From the NCBI GenBank assembly GCA_963845755.1, contig CAWJTV010000001.1:32001-96000 (forward strand): a DNA stretch of 64,000 bases, given 5' to 3'. The translations under genes and the position numbers were made by a program. Origin of the DNA: an uncultured Planctomycetota bacterium. Its GTDB lineage: Bacteria > Planctomycetota > Planctomycetia > Isosphaerales > Isosphaeraceae. Positions 32,504 through 42,708 of this stretch are shown here, in pieces. Under the pieces are notes generated by a model. That model saw only the letters and a list, made by a program, of their open reading frames with translations. It ran no database searches and was not told the DNA's origin. Every line of letters begins with the position of its first letter. Position 1 is the first letter of the stretch.

Positions 32504-33813
32504 TCAGAACTCCGACTGGGCCAGCAGCCAGTCCTCCAGGATCAGATGGTTCACGAACGGGCGCGGAAGAGCACGGCATTGAGCGGGAGCTTGCGGGCCA
32601 GCCAGTGATTTCGGCTGATACTCGGCAGCACCCGCCGCCCCAGCCGATCCAGGTGCCGGCTCTTGAGCTGCTTCATGATCTTGCCGCTGAGCCGCTCGAA
32701 GGCCGTGGGGATCAGCTTCGGTTCGGGACCGACGTGAACGATCAGCTCTGCGCCCGCGGCGAGCGTGTTCTCCAGGACATCCCAGAGGCGCTGGGGATGG
32801 TCGGTCCATTCGGTCAGGATCTCGCGGCTATTCCACTCGTCATAGTTCGCCCGGCCGGTCGTGCAGGAGACGACCGTCGGCTTCGGCTTCGCGTGGCCGC
32901 CATCGGTGTGATACAGCGCCACCGCGGCGCGGTTCGGCACGCTCCGCTCCCAGACCAGCGGGGTATGCAGGGGAGGCCACTTGTTGGACCTGCGCCGCAA
33001 CGTCACGGCCGCGGGGAGATACTGCCGCATTTCCGCTTCGAGCAGGTCCAGCGTGTCTCCTTGACCCAGGAGCAGCACCTGGTAGGGGGACAGATAAGTC
33101 GAGGGGCCGACCAACCCGTGTCCACGGCTGCTGATCGACGAACACAGCCGCTGGACGTGCTCCGCATCCAGGATCCCGCTCGGGCTCGAGAGGATCCCCA
33201 TGGTGGTATCGGCAGTCAGACCGGCGCAGTCATGGGCCAGCGCCAGCGGGATGGGCAGGAGCTGCTCCATCTCGTAGACGCCGCCCATCACCAGCGCCGA
33301 GAGCTCGCCGATGCTGTGGCCGAAGCTCAAACCCGCCTCGTGCACCGGCACGCCGAAGACCTGTTCCAGGATCTGGACCTGGGCTAGCTCCATGGCCACG
33401 ATCGTCGCCGTATCCTCCACGAAGGTCTCCAACGTGGCGGCTTCGTGTGCTTGCACCCGCGCCGCCAGGTCCACCTTCGCCTTCAACACGTCGCCGGCGA
33501 CCACCGACGCCCGATCCAGCATGGTCCGCATGTGCGGCCCATAGACCGGATGCTCCAGAAGCTCCGGCCCTCGGCCCAGATTGCTCGCATCGTAGCCCCG
33601 GAACGCAAAGGCCACCGTCGCGATCTGTTTCTTCAGATCATCGCGCGTCACTTCATGTTGACCAGGAGCTACGCGCAACGCGACAGGATGTACCGTATTC
33701 ACGAGTGGCGGGCGCTCCGGTACGGCGACGGGCGACGTCCGATACGGGGTCAGCCACCCGGTGGTCCAGGTGCGCCATCGGTCGTGTCGAACTCTTAGTT
33801 TGGTTTCTCGCAT
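32504..33813 (-). CDS. ACP S-malonyltransferase-like (FabD-fold) acyltransferase; start uncertain; apparent frameshift near 32560
   Basis: AFAFRG, GHSIGE nucleophile elbow, PPLHTP, HVGP. Confidence 0.75.
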
Positions 33814-34000
33814 GGCTTTCTCAGCCTTCGCACGCAACGCGGTTGGTGTCGTCGGTGCGTCACACGCCGCGAATCGACTTATGCATACTACGTACCGATC
33901 CACGGTAAGGATCGTGACATGTGACCGAAGCGGGCGATCCGCTTCGGGGTTGATGAGTTGCGGGACTCGAAGGGCGTACCAGAAGCCTCGAACGCGGTGG

Positions 34001-34065
34001 GTAGGGTGCTCTGTGAGCACCGAGGAGCCAGCGCCGCCCGTCCCGGTGCTCACAGAGCACCGTAC
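34001..34065. repeat. Inverted REP doublet of the same family as 28085-28234
   Basis: GTAGGGTGCTCTGTGAGCACC (34001-34021) and GGTGCTCACAGAGCACCGTAC (34045-34065). Confidence 0.88.
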
Positions 34066-34754
34066 CAGGTTCCCAGGTTCGGCTTCGCGTACACCCTCTC
34101 AGCACGACCCGATCGCGACGAAGTGGAGCACCGATCTTCATCGACAGTCCCCCATTCGAGGGATCACCGCAAGAAGTGGGTGACTTGCTGGAATTATAGG
34201 ACACCTGGCAATCAGGGAAAGTGCAAACGATTGTAGGATTCCACGTCGGATCGCGGATCGCGGCCGGGTGAGGGTAAATTCCTGCCCACGGACCGCTTCC
34301 CGGTCCAGCCACGAGCGACCTTGGGCTGTCCCGACGGCCGGTCCCACCGAGACGGTTGACAAAGCGGATGTCTCCGACCTTCAAGGGATTGCGTCGAATC
34401 GTCAGCCAGCGGAACACGGCCCCGCGGCCTGCGGAGCCACCCGCTAAATTCGGCATTCTCGGCGATAACCCGATGATTGCTTCAATGATCAGTGCGAGGG
34501 GCGATTCGGAACGCAATGTGTCGGTTTGGTGAAACATCGATTCCGACCGCTCAGGGGCGGGATCGATTCCATGCGGCAAGGCACAGCCGGCGCGGTGAAA
34601 CGGTGAGGGGTCAGAACGCTCGGATTCCTCCTTCCGTTGTACGCGGCTGGCCGGAAGAGGTCGGCCGACTTAGAATGGTTGCTTGGGATTCCCAGCGTTG
34701 GCCCAGCCAAACTTGACCGTTCCGGAGAGGCCGATCCACCAGAGGTGTCTACGG

Positions 34755-36116
34755 ATGTGCAACGAAGCTTGGCAATCCGCGATCGGAAACGGCGTCAATC
34801 GGTTTCAACGACTCCTGGCCATCGTGGTGGTGGGTCTGCCGTCCTTCACCGCGACAGCGGGGGACCAGCCGGCGAGCTCGCGCTCCCAGCCGGTGCTGCA
34901 CCTGGCCAATGGCGAGTCGTCGGCTGGTGAGATCCGGCCTTCGAGCCAGCCGGGAATTCTGAACTGGAAGGCCGCGTCGGCCGACGTGCCGCCCGAAATC
35001 GACTGGAAGAAGGTGAAGTCGATCGATTGGCCGCCGCCGGCCACCCGGCTCGAACCTACCGGCGATTTCTGCTTCGAGCTGACCGCCGGGGACGTGCTGT
35101 TCGGCTCGCTGCGGGCCCTCGACGACCAGAAGGCCGAGCTGGACGTTCCGCGCCTCGGTCGCATCCACGTTCAACGATCCAGCCTCCTTCGCGTCGATCG
35201 ATGGCACGAAGGCGCCGGTGTGATCTACCAGGGTCCGAACGGCCTGGCCGGCTGGCACGAGCCGCCAGGCCAGCAGAACTGGCGCGACGACTCGGGCGGG
35301 CTGATGACAAATCGCGAAGGCGTGTCGATCTGGGGCAACTTCGGACTCCCCGATCGCGCCAGCATCGAGTTCGATATCTCCTGGAAACTCAAGCCGGACT
35401 TTGTCTTCGCCCTGGGCGTGGATGACAAGGCCGATTCGGTCAAGCGGGCCTACCGGTTCGAGATGTGGGGCGGCGACTTTGTCGTCCAGCGCGAGCTCCC
35501 TATTGAGGCGGACCTGGCGGTCGTGCAGGAGGTCGCACCGGGGCCCGGCCGGACCCATCTCCAGGCGTACCTCGACCAGGAAAAGGGGCGGCTGCTGGTC
35601 TTCTCGCTCGCCGGCAGGCAACTGGCCGACCTCAGGGTTGCCGGCGGCCAACCCACCGCGCTGCCGGGGCTGTACCTGGCCAACGCCCGGGGCGACATGC
35701 GCCTGGACCGGCTGCGGATCAGCCGTTGGAACGGCGAGATTCCTCGCGAGGTGCGAGCCGATCAGGCGCGGATCCACCGCGACGACGGCTCGGTCCTCTA
35801 TGGCCAACTGACCGGGCTGAACGCCGCCTCGAAGGAGTTCGTCTTCAAAACCGAGAAGGGCGAGTCGCGAATCCCCGAGAATCAGGTCTCCAGCGTGTTC
35901 CTGCCGGTTACCCCGGATCAGACGCCACGGAAGTTCCGGACCATCTTCCAGGACGGCTCGCGCGTCAGTGGTGAGCTGGTCAAAGTGGAGGACGGCGAGC
36001 TGGTCATGACGGTGCCTGGAATCCAGCAACCGTTGCGTCTCCCATTGACGGGCCTTCAATCCCTGGTCGTCCTCCGCCACGAGAATCCGGGCGCACGAGC
36101 CACCACGGGCCAGTGA
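34755..36116 (+). CDS. Secreted hypothetical beta-rich protein (planctomycete type)
   Basis: Signal-like LLAIVVVGLPSFTATA; repeated L-x-x-G-[DE]-x-x-x-G modules; high GC3. Confidence 0.7.
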   Translation: MCNEAWQSAIGNGVNRFQRLLAIVVVGLPSFTATAGDQPASSRSQPVLHLANGESSAGEIRPSSQPGILNWKAASADVPPEIDWKKVKSIDWPPPATRLEPTGDFCFELTAGDVLFGSLRALDDQKAELDVPRLGRIHVQRSSLLRVDRWHEGAGVIYQGPNGLAGWHEPPGQQNWRDDSGGLMTNREGVSIWGNFGLPDRASIEFDISWKLKPDFVFALGVDDKADSVKRAYRFEMWGGDFVVQRELPIEADLAVVQEVAPGPGRTHLQAYLDQEKGRLLVFSLAGRQLADLRVAGGQPTALPGLYLANARGDMRLDRLRISRWNGEIPREVRADQARIHRDDGSVLYGQLTGLNAASKEFVFKTEKGESRIPENQVSSVFLPVTPDQTPRKFRTIFQDGSRVSGELVKVEDGELVMTVPGIQQPLRLPLTGLQSLVVLRHENPGARATTGQ

Positions 36117-36147
36117 TCGGGACTGGTTATTAAAGCCTCCTTGTGGC

Positions 36148-36959
36148 TTAATGATAAATCCGCGCCTTCGGAAGCGCTTTTTGAAGCCGATCGACTCCGG
36201 CATCGGTCACGGGCGTGTTCTGCAAGCCGACGATCTCCAGATGGGTCATTCCTGCCAGGAGCCTCAATCCTTCGTCGGTCACCTTGGTCGTGTTGAGCAG
36301 CAGGAATTCAAGGCTATCGATCGCCTTGAGGTGGACAAGGCCGGCGTCGGTGATCGGATTGTAGTCGAGGAACAACCATTCCAGCCGAGATAGTCCCTTC
36401 AGGTGCACGAGCCCGGCATCGGTGATCTTCGTCCCCACGAGAGACAAGGTCTCCAGGTGCTTCAGGCCCTTCAGATAGGCGAGGCCGGCGTCGCTGACAT
36501 CGGTGTGGTTGAGCGTCACCTTTCGGAGATTGAGGAGGCCCTTCAGATGGGCGAGCCCGATGTCGCCGATGGTTGTCTCATCCAGGTCGAGGTCGTTCAG
36601 GTTTGTGAGTTTCTCCAGATGGACAAGTCCCGCGTCGGTCACCCGGGTCTCGTCGAGGGAGAGAAACTGGAGGTGAGGGAAGACCTCGAGATAGGCCAGA
36701 TCGTCGTCGGTGGCCTGGGTTTCGTCGAGGTCAACGCCGATCACGGGCTTGTCGGCGCGAGCCCGTCCTGGAAGACCTTTCCACCCAGCTTCTCAAGAGC
36801 TGCGATGGCCTTCTCCTTGGCGGCATCGCCGGCCTGACTTCCGGACCCGAGGCTGACCGTCCCGCAGGTCAGCAGCAGTGCGAACGCGAGCACCGTCCAC
36901 GGCCGCGGCCGTCGGAATCGCATCTCGTCCCAGGCCGCAACCCCCGTCGGTCGTCGCAT
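36148..36959 (-). CDS. Secreted leucine-rich repeat protein; apparent frameshift near 36755
   Basis: 24-aa repeats LxxTxITDAGLxHLKGLxxLxxL; signal peptide and AIAALEKLGG cap in the upstream frame. Confidence 0.88.
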
Positions 36960-37120
36960 CGTCGGTCCTTTCCCTGAGTTGGTGAGCCGGTTCTGGCCTT
37001 CCATGGTAGCAGGTGTCGCCCGCGAGTCAACGCCGTAGAGGTTGATTGACCCGAGTGGATCGATGAAGATCATGGTGAGGGTTCGACGTGGAAGCAGTTC
37101 CCCTGGCTGGAGGTTTCTTC

Positions 37121-38545
37121 GTGGCGGCGCACGTGCGGGATGATGTCATCCAGCAGGTTCTCGACGTGCCCGCCGACCGGCTGGCTGCGGTGATCGGTTC
37201 ATGGCACGAACCGGCCCTGCTGGAGAGCGCCACCGGTTTCGGCGAGGCCGGCCGCTGGAGCATCCTGACGGCCATGCCCGGGATCGTCTTCGAGGCGACA
37301 GATCACCGGTGGTGGTTGGGCGATCACGGCACTGCCGAAGCGGGCGAGAACCACGTACTGGCGAAGCTCGGCTGGCTGACCCGCAAACTCGGATTGGCCG
37401 AGCTAGCCGAGGCGCCCGATCCCGATCTGCCGCCGTTTCAGGGTGGTCTCATCGGCTACATCGGCTATGACTTCGCCCCCCAGCTCGAACGCCTCCCGCG
37501 CCGGCTGTCCCGCGATTCGCGGATGCCCGACATCCGGCTGGCGTACTATAGCACCGCGGTGACGATCGACCACCAAACGGGCGTTGTGCAGCTCTGGGCC
37601 TGGATCGTCCCCGGCAGCGATCACCGAGGTGCGGAGCGCCGGTTCTCTTACTGGAAGGACCGGATCCATCGCGAACTCGAATCGCCCCAGCTGGTAGCAA
37701 TCCGCCCTCCGGAATCGGTCCGGCCAATCAGCTCGTTCGACCGCGAGACGTACCTGGCGACCGTCCTCCGGGTGCAAGACTACATCGCGGCCGGGGACAT
37801 CTTCCAGGCGAACCTGTCGCAACGCTTCTCGGCGGTCGGATCGTTCGATCCGTTGGGCCTTTACCTGCAACTGAAGCGCCGTAGCCCCGCTCCATTCGCC
37901 GCGTTCCTGCGCTGGGCGGACCTCGCCATCGTCTCGGCCAGCCCCGAGTGGTTCTATCAAACCCGCGGCGATCTCATCGTGACCCGGCCGATCAAGGGGA
38001 CGAGGCCCCGGGGCAAGACCACTGAAGAAGACGCGCGGCTCGCCGCGGAATTGCTCGCCTCCCCCAAGGACCGCGCCGAGTTGACCATGATCGTGGACCT
38101 CGAACGCAACGATCTGGGCCGCGTCAGCCGATATGGCACGGTCGTCGTGCGCGACGCCCTGAGCATCGAGTCCTTCGCCCAGGTGCACCACCTGGTCGCC
38201 ACGGTGGAAGGCCGGCTCCGGCCAGGCGCCGGACCGGACGACATCATCCGCGCCGTGTTCCCCGGCGGCTCGATCACCGGCGCGCCGAAGATCCGCGCCA
38301 TGCAGATCATCGACGAGCTGGAGCACAACCGGCGCGGCGTGTATACCGGCGCGATCGGCTATCTGAGCCGGGGCGGGTCGAGCGGGTTCAACATCGCGAT
38401 CCGGACCATCCTGGTCGAGGGGGATCGGGCCAGCTATCAGGTCGGCGGCGGCATCGTGGCGGACTCCGACCCCGAGGCCGAATACGAGGAAACGCTCGCC
38501 AAGGGCCGGGGGATGCAACACGTTCTCGAGGGGCAGGAGGACTGA
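37121..38545 (+). CDS. pabB: Aminodeoxychorismate synthase component I
   Basis: ALLES, PFQGGLIGYIGYD, SPEWF, TRPIKGTRPR, KDRAELTMIVDLERNDLGRV, FPGGSITGAPKIRAM. Confidence 0.9.
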   Translation: MAAHVRDDVIQQVLDVPADRLAAVIGSWHEPALLESATGFGEAGRWSILTAMPGIVFEATDHRWWLGDHGTAEAGENHVLAKLGWLTRKLGLAELAEAPDPDLPPFQGGLIGYIGYDFAPQLERLPRRLSRDSRMPDIRLAYYSTAVTIDHQTGVVQLWAWIVPGSDHRGAERRFSYWKDRIHRELESPQLVAIRPPESVRPISSFDRETYLATVLRVQDYIAAGDIFQANLSQRFSAVGSFDPLGLYLQLKRRSPAPFAAFLRWADLAIVSASPEWFYQTRGDLIVTRPIKGTRPRGKTTEEDARLAAELLASPKDRAELTMIVDLERNDLGRVSRYGTVVVRDALSIESFAQVHHLVATVEGRLRPGAGPDDIIRAVFPGGSITGAPKIRAMQIIDELEHNRRGVYTGAIGYLSRGGSSGFNIAIRTILVEGDRASYQVGGGIVADSDPEAEYEETLAKGRGMQHVLEGQED

Positions 38546-38548
38546 TCG

Positions 38549-39400
38549 ATGATCTGGACCGACGGGAAGCTCATCCCTCCCGAAGAGCTTCGCATCGACA
38601 TCCGGGACGAGACCTTCCAGCATGGCCTGGGACTCTTCGAGACGTTCCGTACGTGGAGGGGCAATCCGACACTGTTCCCACGGCACTTGGAGCGATTGGT
38701 CCGCTCGGCTCGTGAGCTGGAATTGGAGATCCAACCCCACCAGTTGCCGGACCGTCGGGCCGTCCTCGATCTCATCGAGGCGAACCGAACGGCCGGGTCG
38801 GGTCGGATCGAGGATGTCCGGATCCGCATCACCATGACCGGAGGCGCACCTGCGTCCAAGCCATACCGCAGACACTCGACGCTCTGGATGACCGCGGAAG
38901 CGCCAATGTCGATGGCCCCCGAGCAGGTCGCGGTGATCGAGAGGACCATGGAAGTCACGGTCGATGATCCGCTCACCCGCCATAAGACGCTCAACTACTG
39001 GCGCAAGCGGATCGCGCATCGCGAGGCCCTGAGGGAGGGAAGCCAGGAAGTCCTGTGCATCACGCCCGACGGGATGGTCTGCGAAGGGACGCGGACCAAC
39101 ATCTTCCTCGTGCAAGGCGGCGGGCTGATCACTCCGAGCACAGACGGGCCACTCTTGCCCGGCATCCTGCGCCGGGTCGTCCTGGACCATGCACATCGTC
39201 TGGAAGTGCCGGTCGTGGAAAGCCCGGTGCCGCTGGAAATGCTGGAGACGGTCAATGAAGCATTCCTGACCAACTCGGTTCGGGGTATGCTACCGATCTC
39301 CCGGTTCTTCGACCGAGACCTGCCGGCTCCGGGGCCCGTGACGGAACGACTCTGGAGAGAGATCCTGCCCTGGCTCGAATCGGGAGGGACAACGCGATGA
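38549..39400 (+). CDS. pabC: Class IV aminotransferase / 4-amino-4-deoxychorismate lyase
   Basis: GLGLFETFR, RHLERL, HKTLNY, EGTRTNIF, LLPGILR, FLTNSVRG; adjacent to pabB. Confidence 0.8.
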   Translation: MIWTDGKLIPPEELRIDIRDETFQHGLGLFETFRTWRGNPTLFPRHLERLVRSARELELEIQPHQLPDRRAVLDLIEANRTAGSGRIEDVRIRITMTGGAPASKPYRRHSTLWMTAEAPMSMAPEQVAVIERTMEVTVDDPLTRHKTLNYWRKRIAHREALREGSQEVLCITPDGMVCEGTRTNIFLVQGGGLITPSTDGPLLPGILRRVVLDHAHRLEVPVVESPVPLEMLETVNEAFLTNSVRGMLPISRFFDRDLPAPGPVTERLWREILPWLESGGTTR

Positions 39401-40597
39401 CCACCGTTTCGGATCTGGCTGGCTGGTTGGAACAATTCGCCCCCGCACACCTGGCCGAGCCATGGGACAACGTGGGCTTGCTGTGGGGCGACCCGGCTGC
39501 ACCAGTTCAGCGGTTGATGACCTGCCTGACCGTCACTCCGGGGACCGCCGCCGAAGCGATCCAGGAGCAGGCGTCGCTGATCGTCAGCCACCACCCCGTG
39601 CTATTCCGCGAAGTGAAGCGGGTCCGCGCCGACCTCGCGGACACCAGTCACCTCTGGAAGCTGGCCCGCGCCGGGATCGCGATCGCCAGCCCGCACACGG
39701 CGTTCGACAACACCCCGAATGGGATCAACGACCTCCTCTGCCGTCGGCTCGGTCTGATGGACATCTCGCCGTTGCGGCCGATCGCCTCGGGCCGCCATCC
39801 GGCGGCCGGATCGGCGGGACCGCGATCGTTCAAGGTGGTCGTCTTCACGCCGGAATCCGATCGCGAGGCGGTGATGTCCGGCGCAGTTCGAGGCCGGTGC
39901 GGGCCAGATCGGCGCCTATCGGGAATGCTCGTTCGCGATCCCCGGCCAGGGGACCTTCTTCGGGACCGAAACGACCGACCCAGCCATTGGCCAGCGGGGT
40001 CGCCGCGAGACGGTCGCCGAGCTGCGGCTGGAGGTTGTGTGCCCCGCGGAGAACCTATCCGCCGTGTTATCGTCGATCCGCGCGGGTCATTCCTATGAAG
40101 AGCCCGCGATCGACGTCTATCCGCTCCACGAAACCGAGGCGGCACGGGGCGAACCGGTGGCACCCGGCTCCGGCCGCATCGGCCGGTTTGTCGAGCCGCG
40201 CACCCTGGGCGAATTCGCCGCATTCGCCGGCCGCGTCCTGGGGCGGGTCTCCGTCCAGATGGTGGGCGATCCGCAACGCCCCGTGTTGCGGGTGGCCGTC
40301 GCCTGCGGCGCCGGCGACGATTTCCTCACCGATGCCGCGCATGCCGGGGCCGACGTCCTACTCACCGGCGAGGCGCGATTCCACCGCGGGGTCGAGGCCG
40401 AGGCGCTCGACATCGGCCTGGTCACCGCCGGCCACTATGCCACCGAGCGACTCGGTGTCGAGGACCTGGCCCAGCGCCTGGCCATCGCCTTCCCCGCGCT
40501 GACCGTCTGGCCCAGCCGATCCGAGCGCGATCCCTTCCGGATCATCGCGGCCGGACCCCCCGAACGTCCCGCCGCCGGGGCAAAGTTCCCGGTCTAG
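39397..40597 (+). CDS. Nif3/DUF34 dinuclear metal-centre protein with PII-like insertion domain; apparent frameshift near 39885
   Basis: AEPWDNVGLLWG, SHHP, HTAFD, HSYEEPAIDVYPL, TGE, GHYATE. Confidence 0.9.
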
Positions 40598-41017
40598 AGC
40601 TCGCCATTCCGACTCGTAGAATAAGTCCTCGATCTCCGGAGTGATACACACCACTCGCTTCGCGGCCACGCGCTGGATCGCCTCCGCGGCTCCGATGTGC
40701 AGGGACCAGGCGAGGAGACCGGCAACCACGACGACGGAGCGGCTCCGGCCGGCGTGGCAGTGGACCAGCACTGGCGAGTGCGATCGCAGGAGGTCTTCCA
40801 ACGCTTCCACGGCCCGCCGTAACATCGCCGAGTCGTTGCCGGGCCCATCGATGACGTCGAACCCCGCGATGGCACCGACGCCCAAGTTGTCGGCGTCTTC
40901 CGCGGTGAGGGTGCCATCGAGGCTCAGCACAGACTGGAAGCCATGTTGATGCAGCAACTCCGCATCATGTGCCTCCGAACAGTTGCCGATCGCAATGTGA
41001 TCGGTGATCCAGTCCAC
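40594..41017 (-). CDS. Dual-specificity / tyrosine phosphatase family protein (gene-cassette-like); true 3' end uncertain because the frame runs on to 40358
   Basis: VLVHCHAGRSRS (HCx5R) P-loop and DGPGND; GGAGG RBS just after an attC-like site. Confidence 0.85.
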
Positions 41018-41030
41018 GACTCGTCCTCCC

Positions 41031-41130
41031 GCCTCACACAAGACTCAGCGACCTGCCCCGTCGAGAGTTGCCTTCGATTCGACCACGAAGCGCCCCTGCA
41101 GGCTGGGTCCGCTGCAATCGCGGGTGAGGC
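41031..41130 (-). other. attC-like integron recombination site A (100 bp)
   Basis: Minus strand GCCTCAC-CCGCGA-TTGCAGCGGACC...TCGCTGAGTCTTGT-GTGAGGC; complementary end boxes; lies between one cassette stop and the next RBS. Confidence 0.7.
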
Positions 41131-41150
41131 TCGGTCGATGGGACAAGACC

Positions 41151-41642
41151 TTACGCGCCCGCGGTGGATATCATCTCCAACCAGAGAGCCGGACGCCAGG
41201 CATTTGAGGCGCGAACTTGTCGGAAGTGGAGCATCATCCCGATAAAGCCGAGGGCCAAGACGATGAGGGCCTCGGCGAGGAGATTCCCTCTCACGAAGGC
41301 TCGGATCGGCGGGACGATCGATCCGATCGCATCGAGGGTGACGAAGAGGAAGAGGAACCAGAACGCATGGACGTGCCAGGGGTGCATTGGCGGCTGATTC
41401 GACCCGCAGACCAGATCCACACGAGCACCCGGTTCGAGGCAGACCAGAAACGGCCCCGCAGGGTAACTCGCGAGAGCCACGGCGACAACATGCTCGCCCG
41501 CGGGGACCAGGAACTCGCCCCTCCGATTTCGGCGCAGCTTCCCGGCGAGTCGGCCGTCGATGAACACCCGCAGGGGCAACAGGGCGCACAGATGCCCTGT
41601 GGCTCGCTCGATCGTGATCGTGGCCGCTCGATCCTCCGGCAT
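41151..41642 (-). CDS. Hypothetical membrane protein (gene-cassette-like)
   Basis: N-terminal LRVFIDG...VPAGEHVV beta domain plus two TM helices; flanked by attC-like sites. Confidence 0.7.
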   Translation of the reverse strand: MPEDRAATITIERATGHLCALLPLRVFIDGRLAGKLRRNRRGEFLVPAGEHVVAVALASYPAGPFLVCLEPGARVDLVCGSNQPPMHPWHVHAFWFLFLFVTLDAIGSIVPPIRAFVRGNLLAEALIVLALGFIGMMLHFRQVRASNAWRPALWLEMISTAGA

Positions 41643-41664
41643 GCTGCCTCGCCCGCCAGGTTAG

Positions 41665-41925
41665 CCCAACTTCCGCACCCTACCTCGTAGAACCCCTCGT
41701 TTTCTAGGGTCTGCGATGTTTTTCAGTCACTATGTCCGGGCTGGGTTGGTCGTAGGTCCATCCTCACCATGCTACCGCAAGATCCTGGCCAATCCAGATG
41801 GATACGCTGGGATTTCGTCACTACAATGACCAAAAACAGGGGACACAACGCAGAAAACAAGGTCTTTTCGAGCGCGAACGCCCCCGAAATTGGCTATCTC
41901 TTAATTCCTTCCTGCGGAAGTCGGG
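41665..41925. mobile_element. 261-bp MITE with 13-bp TIRs and 4-bp target-site duplication TTAG
   Basis: TTAG|CCCAACTTCCGCA (41665-41677) ... TGCGGAAGTCGGG|TTAG (41913-41925); TIRs 12/13 identical; lower-GC non-coding interior. Confidence 0.8.
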
Positions 41926-41950
41926 TTAGCTCGCAGTGGATGGGGAGTGG

Positions 41951-42009
41951 GCCTTACGCCACGGTTCAGCGGCCCGCGCAGCGAGGTCCGCTGCAACCGC
42001 TGGATAGGA
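41951..42009 (-). other. attC-like integron recombination site B (59 bp)
   Basis: Minus strand TCCTATC-CAGCGG-TTGCAGCGGACCTCGCTGCGCGGGCCGCTGAACC-GTGGC-GTAAGGC; L boxes pair with an extrahelical G. Confidence 0.78.
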
Positions 42010-42078
42010 CAAGAAATATAAAAAATCTCGATTCAATGGGCTGAGATTGCGACTTGCCACCTCGAATGGAGAAGCAGT

Positions 42079-42693
42079 TCACGTCGCCGGCCAGGTCCGA
42101 TCCAACGAAGATTCGGTGATGAATTCGTCGTCCAGGCAGCGGAGATACTCTTCGAGGACCGTTGTCGCTTCGTACTGGATGTGCAGTCCGGCGGCCTCAT
42201 CGGTCAGGTCGGTCTGCGGCTCATCGAACCTGAACACGTACTCGATGCGGGTCGAGCCGTCGCCGATGATGCGAGGCCGACCCTCGCGTACGATCATGCC
42301 CCGACAGTCTGCCTTCCAATCGGCATGCTTGAGCATCAGAACCCGCTCACCCACTCTTAGCTTCGGCGCGAGGCCAGTGATCGGCTTGAGCCCGGCGAGC
42401 CACTCGGCATGCTCGACTCGACGGACCCACTCCTCAAAACTCCCGAATACCATCGTCATTGGCAGCGGCGGCTCCATCGGCATGCGCCTCCACGGGAGGA
42501 CGACCTCCGCGACTTGGGCTGAGCCGTCCCCGAAGGCGAAGAGCACGAAGATGTTGTCCCAACGGCGGCCGATGGCACGGAGAGGGTGGCCGAAGAGGGG
42601 ATGTCCCGGGGCGAGCTCTGTACGAAGCTCATCCTGGAATGCTGCAGCCTCGGAGTGATGATCGATCGGCACCCACCGCTCGGGCCAGAGCAT
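42079..42693 (-). CDS. Hypothetical two-domain protein (gene-cassette-like)
   Basis: GGGAG RBS; ELRTELAPGHPLFG...VAEVVLPW N-domain followed by an SH3-like LRVGERVLML domain. Confidence 0.7.
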   Translation of the reverse strand: MLWPERWVPIDHHSEAAAFQDELRTELAPGHPLFGHPLRAIGRRWDNIFVLFAFGDGSAQVAEVVLPWRRMPMEPPLPMTMVFGSFEEWVRRVEHAEWLAGLKPITGLAPKLRVGERVLMLKHADWKADCRGMIVREGRPRIIGDGSTRIEYVFRFDEPQTDLTDEAAGLHIQYEATTVLEEYLRCLDDEFITESSLDRTWPAT

Positions 42694-42708
42694 CGATACG
42701 CTACTCCC

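Noticed and set aside
33814..34750. ORFs or a riboswitch in the long divergent intergenic region
   Set aside because: Apart from REP hairpins and a minus-strand TATAAT near 34195, nothing recognisable; needs an Rfam scan
41664..41670. attI/attC core GTTGGGC upstream of the 41642 gene
   Set aside because: It is the MITE terminal inverted repeat plus the target duplication
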